Of a DNA stretch of 64,000 nucleotides, positions 28,101 to 36,694 are shown one piece after another. The DNA comes from Candidatus Poseidoniales archaeon (GTDB lineage Archaea; Thermoplasmatota; Poseidoniia; Poseidoniales; Thalassarchaeaceae), in assembly GCA_028821675.1 (NCBI GenBank), contig JAPKFG010000001.1:7890-71889 (forward strand), read 5' to 3'. A program made the translations under genes and the position numbers. Under the pieces are notes generated by a model. The model searched no databases. It saw nothing but the letters and a program-made list of their open reading frames with translations, and had not been told where the DNA came from. Each line of letters opens with the position of its first letter. Within the stretch, counting starts at the first letter, position 1.

Positions 28101-30227
28101 GAAGCCAGTTCAGTCGACAAACAGGTCGTTGTAACCATCGAAGATACAGTTGGACATCCAGAAGAACTCACGCTCAATTATTGGGTCGAAGCTGATCATG
28201 ACACCAACCGAAATGGGGAGGCGGATGCTGATGAATATGTCATGCAAACGATGACCAATTTAACAGAGGAAGAAGAGAAGAACTTCTTCGGATATATCGA
28301 TGATTCACGCAACCCGAACATGGCTAGAGTGTCCTATTTCGTCACTGGTAATGACCCCGCCGGAAATCTGCTATTAGGAAATGATGGGGCTGGATTTGCT
28401 TACGATTTATCCACCTATCTGACACGACAAGACATGGCTTCAGTGTTCACTGGCTTGATTTGGCATGATCATGCCGATGGAACCGATGTGTTCAGCGGAA
28501 CGGATCAATCAATATCCATCGGTCTTGTCGATGCGAACGGCATCATCGATTTCGAATACATCTCAATCATCTACGACTTTGAGGGACCGGATCCCGAAAG
28601 AGACCAACAAAAGATTTCCTACAATGGGCGAACCGACGCCTGGACTTCGGAAAGTGACTTCATCACCTTGCAGCCGAGCAGCTCTGCTGAAGTGACGACA
28701 AACGACACAGGTCTTCCATGGGTTCAGGTTACATTTGATTTCCAATTCTCTTGGGATTGGCCGGACGAGGACATTTCTGACCTCGCGCTTGAGTACAAAG
28801 AACTGGGTTCACCAACACCCACTCGAATAGAGTTCATTGAACACACATTCAGTGTAGAAAATGATCTGGTACTCGACGCAGCGACCTACGTTGTCGAAGA
28901 CGTGGCTGAACCTCGAACCGGGCCTCTTGATGATGCAACACCAGTTAGACCGGACGACCGTCTTCGATGGTCGGGCCGAGTCGTGTATGAGAGCAGTAGT
29001 GTTCCAGCTCCAAATGATCTGGGCATCACCGTCGAGGTCTTCGATGGGGTTCAGTATTGGTCCGATGGAAGTCTAACCGATGATGGCGCCTTCAGCATTG
29101 AAGTTCCACTCTCAGCAGCCACAACATTGCAGAGTGCAGAAACTCGTACTTTCCTTACCGGTGTGCGCAATGTGCCTGGACGAGGTGAAGACATGACCCG
29201 CGATACTGTGGCAACAACATTGCAACTACAGGTCGATCACACGCCACCTCGAGTGCACTATCGCCTTACACCTGTCGATGTCATCGACATCTCGGCCGCA
29301 TCTGATTTGACATCGGTTCCGGTTCGATTCTCAGGATGGGAGGAATGTGTATTGCTTGAGGGTGATGACCGATGTGCCGCATTCAGCCAATCACCACAAT
29401 GGGTGAATTGGGTTATGCGTGACGACGCACGAACGATTGCTGCTGGACAATCTCAACTGGCGATGCAATTGAACGGCACGACCCTAGAATGGATTGGTGA
29501 AGTGGACTTGACCAGTGATGGCTTGGTGACCCCTAGAAGTGGATACAAAGTTGGATTCTGGGTGACTGGTCATGATGCAGCGGGGAATGAATTTCCGATG
29601 GCGGCAAACACTGAAAGTGACCCTGTTCGGGAACATGAAGACCTAGATGGTGATCAAAATCTCGCATGGGTTCTACTTGGAGCGACGGTGGCAGAACTCA
29701 TCGTCAAGAGTGTTACACTGGACCAAGACACCGTCAGCGAAGGGACAGATATTGAAGTCGTTACCATCATTGCAAATACTGGTGGGGTGACTGAATCCTC
29801 ATTCTCTGTGCATTTCGTTACCGATGAGGGTGTGATTGACACCGTTCGAATCACCGGTCTACCCAGTGGCGGTGAACATCGAATTACCACTACGTGGACC
29901 GCAAAAGAGGGGGTCGATCGCATCACTGTGATTGTCGATGCTGAAAATGAGGTCGTCGAGGTTGACGAAGAAGGCAATTCTATGTCCGCAGGAGTTTCTG
30001 TAGAGTATTCATGGGGCCTTGGATGGGTCGATAGTTGGAGGCAAAATCCGCTCACTGTCATCGGCATACTCTTCACATTGATTCTATTGCCAATCATTGC
30101 CAGAATTACGTGGAAAACCTCACTCTCAGGTTCAACCAGTCTCTATGATGAAGAACTCATGTATGAAGACGAAGATGATGATGAATGGGAAGATGATGAC
30201 GATGATGATGATGACGGTTGGGAGTAA
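25107..30227 (+). CDS. giant secreted surface glycoprotein (about 1700 aa) with CARDB-like domain, C-terminal TM anchor and poly-Asp tail
   Basis: Start set at MRKVAIFIIAVLLFSSALPFASA (signal peptide, GAGG 6 nt upstream). The ORF-track start at 25047 would bury the signal peptide. The CARDB-like block is TLDQDTVSEGTDIEVVTIIANTGGV...VDAENEVVEVDEEGNS. N-x-S/T sequons are very abundant. The C-terminal TM helix is LTVIGILFTLILLPIIARI, followed by EDEDDDEWEDDDDDDDDGWE. Confidence 0.8.
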   Translation: MRKVAIFIIAVLLFSSALPFASAVTETQYSDGSSTFTHVFSQTGDADTPGVTLPYGANVENVEFEVEGSASTVTWMNRTTDADFGGQGQTGSGQQSWYINQNGWYYGYKQNVKVDNNQVELRPTDDTTYWSMSNQNDMASSTGGSLNTTGQYFSSAEAGFNGITNTSTMSTSGGIWGYMGPVVKQGDELHVVRYLSVSSYGGYQLGSINRYNATTGASLGTATISYNNCSNLNVYYLTDATSDGEGTVWMTSFYQSLSTYAGITKWSVSSTANGVTYTCDSYWATLEVGGISIDPETNDMYVVQRTRASNQYDMDLWRVSRSQPNVALQTWSLGTISPSGSMGMASSYVKPAGLSVQMPRIAVNVYCYYYTYTYSYCDENRLSWVNVYHQRSNWPELQGEIPSPYAILGMENIEGQLAATCFYGSSTAYCPSPTSRKILMTGGSAADWMGTPSSSTATITSSIETLNRPLSELRLGLTATWEPAGTSIDFEITNDGGTTWKRANSAGQTITFANAGTQLAWRAWLNGTASAAPLIDTVGLTYTATYASTGQFRMYSSSTAAHPVAATVYWNASTPGGSSVDVYFRDSSSTCTSGTRVNVPSSGSTVSFTSTSGYLSICFDLDAGTNNQYSPILYDVNIATYSNAPRDVKIDIGGDGSYEWDYDGVLIGTTTAQSSSSSGQNMENAFNNIVPQTGSGTIVVPVKVHSASAGKVKITSMSIEYTMVTVNLDINFDENMVLHERGDPYEIVTRHVIGDEALSITDAELTFLASPNSDAPKLSWAQDGTLVDDDPEDWIIPDQSATWTNLSNGIFEIHWMFRVTDDFPEQNNVGWRVSCTDDNGFAPATLSTGATGIVVNQSYGLGWFTIHDVEGEVINDNVQNGDWVVGGETIHFQGQVWFEGTQDAPLNSVFDIRIARKDSQGDFISSTWKDNSNPNGTFFISVAVPDMDIPEGVTFEVQAYNVRDPTKVMPTDDSWRRTLRIDDSTPEIIDSWPADGDYEASSVDKQVVVTIEDTVGHPEELTLNYWVEADHDTNRNGEADADEYVMQTMTNLTEEEEKNFFGYIDDSRNPNMARVSYFVTGNDPAGNLLLGNDGAGFAYDLSTYLTRQDMASVFTGLIWHDHADGTDVFSGTDQSISIGLVDANGIIDFEYISIIYDFEGPDPERDQQKISYNGRTDAWTSESDFITLQPSSSAEVTTNDTGLPWVQVTFDFQFSWDWPDEDISDLALEYKELGSPTPTRIEFIEHTFSVENDLVLDAATYVVEDVAEPRTGPLDDATPVRPDDRLRWSGRVVYESSSVPAPNDLGITVEVFDGVQYWSDGSLTDDGAFSIEVPLSAATTLQSAETRTFLTGVRNVPGRGEDMTRDTVATTLQLQVDHTPPRVHYRLTPVDVIDISAASDLTSVPVRFSGWEECVLLEGDDRCAAFSQSPQWVNWVMRDDARTIAAGQSQLAMQLNGTTLEWIGEVDLTSDGLVTPRSGYKVGFWVTGHDAAGNEFPMAANTESDPVREHEDLDGDQNLAWVLLGATVAELIVKSVTLDQDTVSEGTDIEVVTIIANTGGVTESSFSVHFVTDEGVIDTVRITGLPSGGEHRITTTWTAKEGVDRITVIVDAENEVVEVDEEGNSMSAGVSVEYSWGLGWVDSWRQNPLTVIGILFTLILLPIIARITWKTSLSGSTSLYDEELMYEDEDDDEWEDDDDDDDDGWE
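30166..30215 (+). repeat. imperfect (GAT/GAC)n trinucleotide run encoding the poly-Asp/Glu tail
   Basis: gaagacgaagatgatgatgaatgggaagatgatgacgatgatgatgatgac is a coding low-complexity repeat. Confidence 0.5.
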
Positions 30228-30308
30228 TCCGCATCATCATTCGGCGGTTTTACTTGACGCTTCTTGAGTTAGGAAGCCTCATGGACGGCGAGGGCAGACC
30301 TTGCTCTG

Positions 30309-30857
30309 ATGTGGTTCGGGCTGACTGGGCGGAATGCATCGGGCAAAACTACTGTTGTTGATTGGTTGGTAGAGAATGGATATGATGCAGCCTCTTGCTC
30401 AGATTCAATTCGAACACACCTCAGAAACCAAGGAATGGATATCAATCGGGATAATCTCATTGCTGGTGGACGTGAGTTGCGAGCCGCACATGGACCTGGA
30501 ATTCTTGCAGAGATGTTGCGTGATACCCATCAAGATGCTCCGAATCTTGTCATCGATTCGATTCGGACACCAGCAGAAGTCGAAGCGTTGCGTCAAAGAC
30601 CTGATTTTCGATTGATTGAAATCCACGCATCTCGAGAAGTTCGGTGGGCGAGACTTCAATCTCGAGGTCGTGACGGGGACCCACTCGATTGGGAGACATT
30701 TGTAGCCCAAGAAGAAGCAGAACTCGTGGCCGCTGACGACAGTGGACAAGCGTTGGAAGCAACGGCGGAACTTGCGGATATCGTCATCATCAACGATGAT
30801 GATTCTGAGTCCCTGAGGGATGCACTAGAATTGCTGCTCAGGCCTGCCGAATCGTGA
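30309..30857 (+). CDS. P-loop nucleotide/nucleoside kinase (dephospho-CoA kinase-like / UPF0200-like)
   Basis: N-terminal Walker A GLTGRNASGKTTV (cf. CoaE GLTGGIGSGKST). Small (182 aa) with an acidic C-terminus. The exact substrate is not assignable. Confidence 0.5.
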   Translation: MWFGLTGRNASGKTTVVDWLVENGYDAASCSDSIRTHLRNQGMDINRDNLIAGGRELRAAHGPGILAEMLRDTHQDAPNLVIDSIRTPAEVEALRQRPDFRLIEIHASREVRWARLQSRGRDGDPLDWETFVAQEEAELVAADDSGQALEATAELADIVIINDDDSESLRDALELLLRPAES

Positions 30858-31287
30858 GGCCTGCCTCCGTCAACATATCAGTTGACATCTCAAAATCAGA
30901 CATCCAGCGTTCGGGGACTTCACTGTTGGCTGGATAGACAACTTCGATGACACCGGCTTGTATGAGAGAACGAGCACAGCGTGTACATGGTGGCCATGTC
31001 ACATAGGCCGTGCAGCCCTTCAACGATAATCCAATCCGAGCTGCATGCATGATTGCATTTTCTTCGGCGTGACAAATGAGTGGGTATTTCTTCTCACGAT
31101 CTGAAAGGCGTTCAAAATCATCAGCGATGCCACGAGGAAAACCGTTGAATCCTGTGCTGCGAATTTCGCGATCTTCACCAACAACCACGCACCCGACCTT
31201 CGTCGAGGGATCTTTGGACCAGCCAGAAATGTGATCAGCAAGGTTGAGGAATCTCTGGTCCCACTTAGCGCTCATACGTTCACCCAT
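30838..31287 (-). CDS. dCMP/cytidine deaminase family zinc enzyme
   Basis: HAEENAIMHAA ... PCTRCARSL matches the H(A/C)E ... PCxxC zinc-binding signature of dCMP deaminase (ComEB-like). Confidence 0.75.
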   Translation of the reverse strand: MGERMSAKWDQRFLNLADHISGWSKDPSTKVGCVVVGEDREIRSTGFNGFPRGIADDFERLSDREKKYPLICHAEENAIMHAARIGLSLKGCTAYVTWPPCTRCARSLIQAGVIEVVYPANSEVPERWMSDFEMSTDMLTEAGLTIRQA

Positions 31288-31319
31288 CCAACCCTGTCGG
31301 CCTCAGTGTTTGAGACTTC

Positions 31320-32711
31320 TCACGCAATCGGGTCGACCCCATCGACTCCTTTCGGTGGAATGAAAGTGTTCTGAAAATTCTTTTCTGCATCGACATCGAT
31401 GATGGGTAGCACCTCACCTATGAGGTAGATGCTGCCGATACAAAGAATTGGTTGAGGAATATCAGAATCCAACTCAATCGCTTTCCCCTTGGCTGCTGAA
31501 ATGGCATCTGAAATAGAACGAACGGCAGAAATCGATGCAGCGGTTCCTTGCTCTTCAAGCATGCTTGCGAGTTCTTCACAATCGACGGTAATTTTTCGCC
31601 CATCGGGAGGTTGGGTCACAATGACGTGACCAATCTGTCCTTCGACAATGAGTTCAACTAGGGGCTGTAGGAATATTCCAAGATCATTCTGAGTCGTACA
31701 TCCAAGTACAATCACACCCGGCATCGGTGACATATCGCGTGTCTTCTGGAAACGAATTTGATCACAGGCTCTGGCCATGCCGCTTGGATTGTGCGCACAA
31801 TCGAGAAGGAAGGGTATGCCATCGACATCAAGCCACTGCATACGACCTGGCCAATTTGTATGCCTCACCGCTTGTTCAATCTCGTCGTACGCATAGAAAC
31901 TGCGCATGGCACCTAAAGCCGATTTGGCCAACATCGCCGCTTCCTCTTGATAGGGCATCCAGCCATCGTACCAAGTCTTACTAGACAACGGCCTGAATGC
32001 TTTGACCGCTTCTGAGAATGGAAAGGCATCACGACGGTCGCCGCGCCACCACCAAGCTTTGTCGTGATCTCGAACCGCGCGTTCAATCACCTTGCGCGCC
32101 GAACTGTCGTATGGCCAAACAGCTACAAAGGGGCGACCTTGACGAACGATGGCGACTTTCTCTTCAGCAATCTCTGCGAGCGTTTCTCCAAGGAATTCAG
32201 TATGTTCAAGTGAGATTTCGGTCAAAATACAGCAATCGGCATCGACCAATCGGGTTGCATCCAATCGACCACCCAAACCTGTCTCAATCACAGCCCTCTC
32301 CACACCTTGGTCGCGGAAGGCAAGCATTGCAACCAAAAATGTCGCCTCATAGAATGTAGGAGAAATCTCTGGTACGATTTCGGACGCTTCTTGTATCTGC
32401 TTCAAGCAGTCCTCAAACAGAACGTCGGCGATTGGAGAACCATCGATGCGAATACGCTCGTTAACCGAAATCAGATGGGGAGATGTGAATAGACCCGTGC
32501 ACTTGCCTGAAAGGGTGAATGCATTGGCCATAATGGCACAACATGTACCCTTCCCATTGCTGCCAGCAACATGTACGGCAGGGAAGGCTTGCTGGGGCAT
32601 ATCGAGGCGGTTGAGAAGAGTGGCAGCATTGTCAAGCGAAGGATTGTATCCCGATGCTTTTAGCGATTCCAGCCACGACCAAACATCATCGTTCATCCAA
32701 CCACCCCGCAC
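31320..32711 (-). CDS. folC: folylpolyglutamate synthase / dihydrofolate synthase (Mur ligase family)
   Basis: VHVAGSNGKGT P-loop of FolC (IHVAGTNGKGS), with Mur-ligase middle and C-terminal regions. Confidence 0.8.
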   Translation of the reverse strand: MRGGWMNDDVWSWLESLKASGYNPSLDNAATLLNRLDMPQQAFPAVHVAGSNGKGTCCAIMANAFTLSGKCTGLFTSPHLISVNERIRIDGSPIADVLFEDCLKQIQEASEIVPEISPTFYEATFLVAMLAFRDQGVERAVIETGLGGRLDATRLVDADCCILTEISLEHTEFLGETLAEIAEEKVAIVRQGRPFVAVWPYDSSARKVIERAVRDHDKAWWWRGDRRDAFPFSEAVKAFRPLSSKTWYDGWMPYQEEAAMLAKSALGAMRSFYAYDEIEQAVRHTNWPGRMQWLDVDGIPFLLDCAHNPSGMARACDQIRFQKTRDMSPMPGVIVLGCTTQNDLGIFLQPLVELIVEGQIGHVIVTQPPDGRKITVDCEELASMLEEQGTAASISAVRSISDAISAAKGKAIELDSDIPQPILCIGSIYLIGEVLPIIDVDAEKNFQNTFIPPKGVDGVDPIA

Positions 32712-32759
32712 CCTCGGTTAACGGTCGCCTTGAAATGGCCTTTGTGAGTCGCCTGAGAC

Positions 32760-34862
32760 ATGTCGGGGGATGGATTCGCTGCACAGCGGCGTTCTGATGA
32801 GGTCGCAGATGCCCCCACTAAACAAAATCAAAGGTCTTTGCTACAGGAACTGAAAGGCCAGGCTGGTTCCATGACTGGAATGGCAGGGATGTTCATCGTC
32901 ACCATATTGTTGGCGATGAAAATCCAACCATTCTATGATCATGATGAATTGCGGGCCTTTGGTGCAGATGGGGCGACCAAAGCTGGATTTATCCTGCTTG
33001 AACTTGTGTTCATTCTAATCTTCACGGCCCTCATCATCTATCTAGCCAGGAAGAATATGCAACAATTCATCCGCTGGGGTGTCCTTGGAGTTCTTTGGAT
33101 TGCCATGATGTATACATTATTCCCGTTGGTTGCGATGGTGCTTGTACCAGAAGCCCCACCTTTCACTGAAGGTTCGATGGAAACCTCAGAGGCATACATC
33201 ATCGCTGTAGAGGAAGGAGGTGCGAATTTCTTCTACATGGATGACCCATTGTCAGACAATGGAACACTTCGATATGGTGCTAACTCGGGAGAAATTGAGT
33301 ATTGGAATCATACCGTAACACCCGAATTCGAAGGGAATCCTCAAAAAACGGTTCAACTAACACAGACGGCGGGTGGCGTCATCATCTGCGAAGGAACACA
33401 ATGGATTCTCCTCGATGCTGAAGATGGCAGTGTTCTCGATGAGCATGGCATCAACTGTGATTTGGGATTGAGATATGAATACACAAATTCCATGGATGAG
33501 ACTTGTGATGGAGTCGACGATGAACCTCAGGATTGGAGAATTTTTGGAGACAAGCTTGAACCCATTGGATACTACAACGACGGCGATGGTGATCCAACCG
33601 AATGTGTTGATTGGATACGAGACTTTCCAGAACCATTCAATGGAATGAAAATTCTGTTTGTTCAAGAGATTGGAACAGAACACTTCCTGATTGTTTCAGA
33701 ACAATGGGCGGGCATGGTGGAATATCCTACAGAGCCGACTGGTCAGGCATTTGGACAAGCAGATGTGACAACGACATGGAATATGTCCCTCTCTGGAGGA
33801 GAGAAGTTTACGAGTGCCACATTTGGTGCCGTTCCCGGATTGAATATCACTGGACAGGATTCGTTGATTCTTGGAACTACGGCGGGACATATCACAGGTT
33901 GGGAAATCAGTGATGATGGAACTGTTCAAGAGGGGATTTCAATGGATCTCTCCGAACCTGTTCGCGGATTATTGCTGGCGGATTGTTGCTCTGGTGGGAG
34001 CAATGATCTCTGGGTGATTGAAGGAGACAATCTACGCGTCTTCATGGGCAGCAGTTTGGTAGAGATGCCACGTAGCCTTGAGATTGGAGGGGATGATTCA
34101 CAAATCCCAATGGCGCTCCATAATGTCGAGAACAATGAAACCGTTCTGGATGATGGAATCCTAATGATGGAGCAAGATGGAGTATGGTCATCTATGCGCT
34201 ACACTGTCTATCAAGCGGACTATTCCATGACGACCATTGTTGCTCTAGTCCTCTCAATTGCTCTAATAATCATCTTGATTGTGCAACCGGAATGGTATGT
34301 CATCAACACAGTTGGCATCCTTGTGGGTGCGGGTACGATTACGATGCTGGGTGTCTCATTTGTTCCGTGGATTATCATTCTCTTCATGGTACTCGCGGCA
34401 GCATATGATGCCTGGGCGGTGTACAAGTCCAAACACATGCTTGAATTGGCGGATACAATGGTCAACTTGGAACTGCCAGTGATGCTTGTCGCTCCACAGA
34501 GGCCAATGAGAGGAAAACTACGACCTGTTGATCCAAATGATCCAAGGCCAAAGAAAGGCTTCAATGATACCATGCTGATGGGTTTGGGCGATGTCATCTT
34601 CCCGGGTCTATTGTGCATCTCAGCGATGTCGTGGTTACCTGATGTTGAAGGTCCAATGGGATGGTCGGCGCCTGTATTGGTGGCCATTGGAACGATGATT
34701 GGCAGTTTGGTTGGTTATTGTGTACTAATGACGTACGTCGCACGAGGCAAGCCACAAGCAGGGCTTCCATTACTCAATGGTGGAGCCATACTTGGATACT
34801 TCATCTCTGCAGCCATCTTCATTGGCAGTTCTGCCTTTGTTTTCGACGTCAGCCTGTTCTGA
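32760..34862 (+). CDS. presenilin/signal-peptide-peptidase-like (A22 family) intramembrane aspartyl protease with a large inserted ectodomain
   Basis: The YD motif in a TM helix is LAAAYDAWAVY. The GxGD motif is MLMGLGDVIFPGLL. A PAL-like segment is AGLPLLNGGAILGY. A non-membrane region of about 350 aa (residues 130-480) sits between the first TM pair and the catalytic core. The start is uncertain. Confidence 0.5.
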   Translation: MSGDGFAAQRRSDEVADAPTKQNQRSLLQELKGQAGSMTGMAGMFIVTILLAMKIQPFYDHDELRAFGADGATKAGFILLELVFILIFTALIIYLARKNMQQFIRWGVLGVLWIAMMYTLFPLVAMVLVPEAPPFTEGSMETSEAYIIAVEEGGANFFYMDDPLSDNGTLRYGANSGEIEYWNHTVTPEFEGNPQKTVQLTQTAGGVIICEGTQWILLDAEDGSVLDEHGINCDLGLRYEYTNSMDETCDGVDDEPQDWRIFGDKLEPIGYYNDGDGDPTECVDWIRDFPEPFNGMKILFVQEIGTEHFLIVSEQWAGMVEYPTEPTGQAFGQADVTTTWNMSLSGGEKFTSATFGAVPGLNITGQDSLILGTTAGHITGWEISDDGTVQEGISMDLSEPVRGLLLADCCSGGSNDLWVIEGDNLRVFMGSSLVEMPRSLEIGGDDSQIPMALHNVENNETVLDDGILMMEQDGVWSSMRYTVYQADYSMTTIVALVLSIALIIILIVQPEWYVINTVGILVGAGTITMLGVSFVPWIIILFMVLAAAYDAWAVYKSKHMLELADTMVNLELPVMLVAPQRPMRGKLRPVDPNDPRPKKGFNDTMLMGLGDVIFPGLLCISAMSWLPDVEGPMGWSAPVLVAIGTMIGSLVGYCVLMTYVARGKPQAGLPLLNGGAILGYFISAAIFIGSSAFVFDVSLF

Positions 34863-34889
34863 TTATCCGTCGATTTCAAGCATGAAGGG

Positions 34890-34906
34890 CGGTTCCGTAG
34901 GAACCG
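34890..34906. terminator. hairpin between the presenilin-like gene and serS
   Basis: CGGTTCC-GTA-GGAACCG, a perfect 7-bp stem, sits 10 nt upstream of the serS ATG. Confidence 0.3.
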
Positions 34907-34915
34907 GAGAAGCCC

Positions 34916-36199
34916 ATGCTGGACATTCGGATGTTCCGTGAACACGCTGATGTGATTCGCGCAGATCACGACAGACGTGGCCTTTCTCACGATGAGATTG
35001 ATGAGGTTATTCGACTGGATGAGGCGTGGCGAAAAGCCCGATATGATGCCGACCAGCATCGCAAAAAACGCAACGAGGCGGCGCGTGGAATTGCGGCTGC
35101 CAAGAAGGCGGGGGATGATGCTGAATTCCAGAGAATTCGAGCGGAAGTCGACAGCATTGCTGAAGAGATTGAAGCATTGAGTGAAGTTGCTGACGGACAC
35201 GAGGCTGAACGCGATAGAATTCGCATGTCGATTCCAAACGTGCTCCATGCCGATGTACCCGTCGGTGAGGATGAAGGAGGCAATACCCAACACAGCGTTC
35301 ATGGAGAAAAACCAGCCTTCGATTTCGAACCGAAAACACACAACGATCTGATTGAGATGAATCGTTGGGTGGACTTACCAAGAGCAGCGAAGATTGCTGG
35401 AAGTCGCTTCTACTTCCTCAAGGGTGATCTCGCACGAATGGAGTTGGCATTGCAGCAGTACACCGTTGATTTCATCGCAGCTAGAGGATATACATTCGTT
35501 CAACCTCCAATTATGATGAATCGAGAAGCCTATGAGGGAGTTACCGATCTTGCAGACTTTGAATCCGTGATGTACAACATCCAACCCGATGGATATTACA
35601 CAATCGCGACCAGTGAACATCCACTGACAGCGATGTTCATGGATGAGGTGATTGAACCGAGTTTACTTCCCATTAGGATAGTGGGTGTATCTCCCTGCTT
35701 CCGACGTGAAGTCGGGGCGCATGGCCAAGGCGACAAAGGAATATGGCGCGTTCATCAGTTCACCAAAATTGAACAGATTATCATCTCACATCCAGACCAT
35801 TCTTGGGATGCACACGAAGAATTGCTGACCAACTGTGTCGATCTGTGGGATGATCTTGGACTCCATTACGAGGTGGTCAACATCTGTACGGGTGACATGG
35901 GTACTGTAGCAGCGAAGAAGTATGATCTCGAAGCATGGTTGCCGGGGCGTGGAGAATACAAGGAAATCGTCTCCTGTTCGAATTGTACAGACTATCAAGC
36001 CAATCGATTGAGGATGCGATACAGAACCACGGAGGGCAATGCTGCAGTACACACACTCAACTCAACGGCTGTAGCCACAACTCGAGCGTTGGTGGCCATA
36101 ATGGAGCAAAACCAACTAGCAGATGGGCGAGTTCGAATTCCCGATGTCCTACAACCCTACATGAGTGGGCAGGAAATGTTGGAATCCTGCAATTGGTAA
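34916..36199 (+). CDS. serS: seryl-tRNA synthetase
   Basis: The N-terminal coiled-coil is MLDIRMFREHADVIRADHDRRGL. Class II motifs are FRRE (motif 2), GRGEYKEIVSCSNCTDYQANRL, and motif 3 near ATTRALVAIMEQ. Confidence 0.9.
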   Translation: MLDIRMFREHADVIRADHDRRGLSHDEIDEVIRLDEAWRKARYDADQHRKKRNEAARGIAAAKKAGDDAEFQRIRAEVDSIAEEIEALSEVADGHEAERDRIRMSIPNVLHADVPVGEDEGGNTQHSVHGEKPAFDFEPKTHNDLIEMNRWVDLPRAAKIAGSRFYFLKGDLARMELALQQYTVDFIAARGYTFVQPPIMMNREAYEGVTDLADFESVMYNIQPDGYYTIATSEHPLTAMFMDEVIEPSLLPIRIVGVSPCFRREVGAHGQGDKGIWRVHQFTKIEQIIISHPDHSWDAHEELLTNCVDLWDDLGLHYEVVNICTGDMGTVAAKKYDLEAWLPGRGEYKEIVSCSNCTDYQANRLRMRYRTTEGNAAVHTLNSTAVATTRALVAIMEQNQLADGRVRIPDVLQPYMSGQEMLESCNW

Positions 36200-36217
36200 A
36201 TTGATTTTTCAATTGGA

Positions 36218-36685
36218 TTATTCGATTTCTTCTATATCGATTAAGGTAGTGCCAGCATCGACTTGTTCCCCTACTTCATGGTGAATCGCCACAATAGTAC
36301 CGGGGCCATTTGCAGCAATTCGGTGTTCCATCTTCATGGCTTCCATGACGATGAGAGTCTGACCCTCTTCGACTTCCTCACCAATGCTACAGAGGATCTC
36401 GAGAACCTTGCCCGGCATAGGTGCGGTCATTCCCCCTGCATCTGCAGAACCGCCAGCCCCTTGCTCATCAATGGTCAGAACATGAATTCGGCCGTCGAGA
36501 TGAACCCACCAATCATCACCTACTTTCACAGTATGAGCCAACTGTCCGTCCACCCACAATCGATTGGGGCGTGCATCGATCTCAAACGAATGCTCGTTGG
36601 GAACAACCTCGTCGTCGCAGATGGCATCCGCTGAACCGATAGTGATCTGCCAATGACGGCCACTCGAATCTCTCAGGTCAACCAT
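36218..36685 (-). CDS. biotin carboxyl carrier / BT-BCCP C-terminal module of acyl-CoA carboxylase alpha subunit
   Basis: The biotinyl-lysine motif is [17 protein letters not shown]. The ORF is in the same frame as the upstream biotin carboxylase, separated only by TGA plus 3 codons. The TGA lies inside a GAGGTG Shine-Dalgarno. Confidence 0.75.
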   Translation of the reverse strand: MVDLRDSSGRHWQITIGSADAICDDEVVPNEHSFEIDARPNRLWVDGQLAHTVKVGDDWWVHLDGRIHVLTIDEQGAGGSADAGGMTAPMPGKVLEILCSIGEEVEEGQTLIVMEAMKMEHRIAANGPGTIVAIHHEVGEQVDAGTTLIDIEEIE

Positions 36686-36694
36686 ACACGCACC

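Noticed and set aside
30166-30215. GAT/GAC repeat and TSP3 DNA repeats, considered as possible CRISPR or satellite arrays
   Set aside because: They are in-frame coding repeats (poly-Asp; DxDxDG units) with no spacer/repeat periodicity. No cas genes are present.
34715-35341. 208-aa ORF on the minus strand
   Set aside because: It is entirely antisense to the well-supported serS gene. Its composition is Ser/Leu/Arg-rich, typical of antisense to a GC-skewed coding frame, and it has no motifs.
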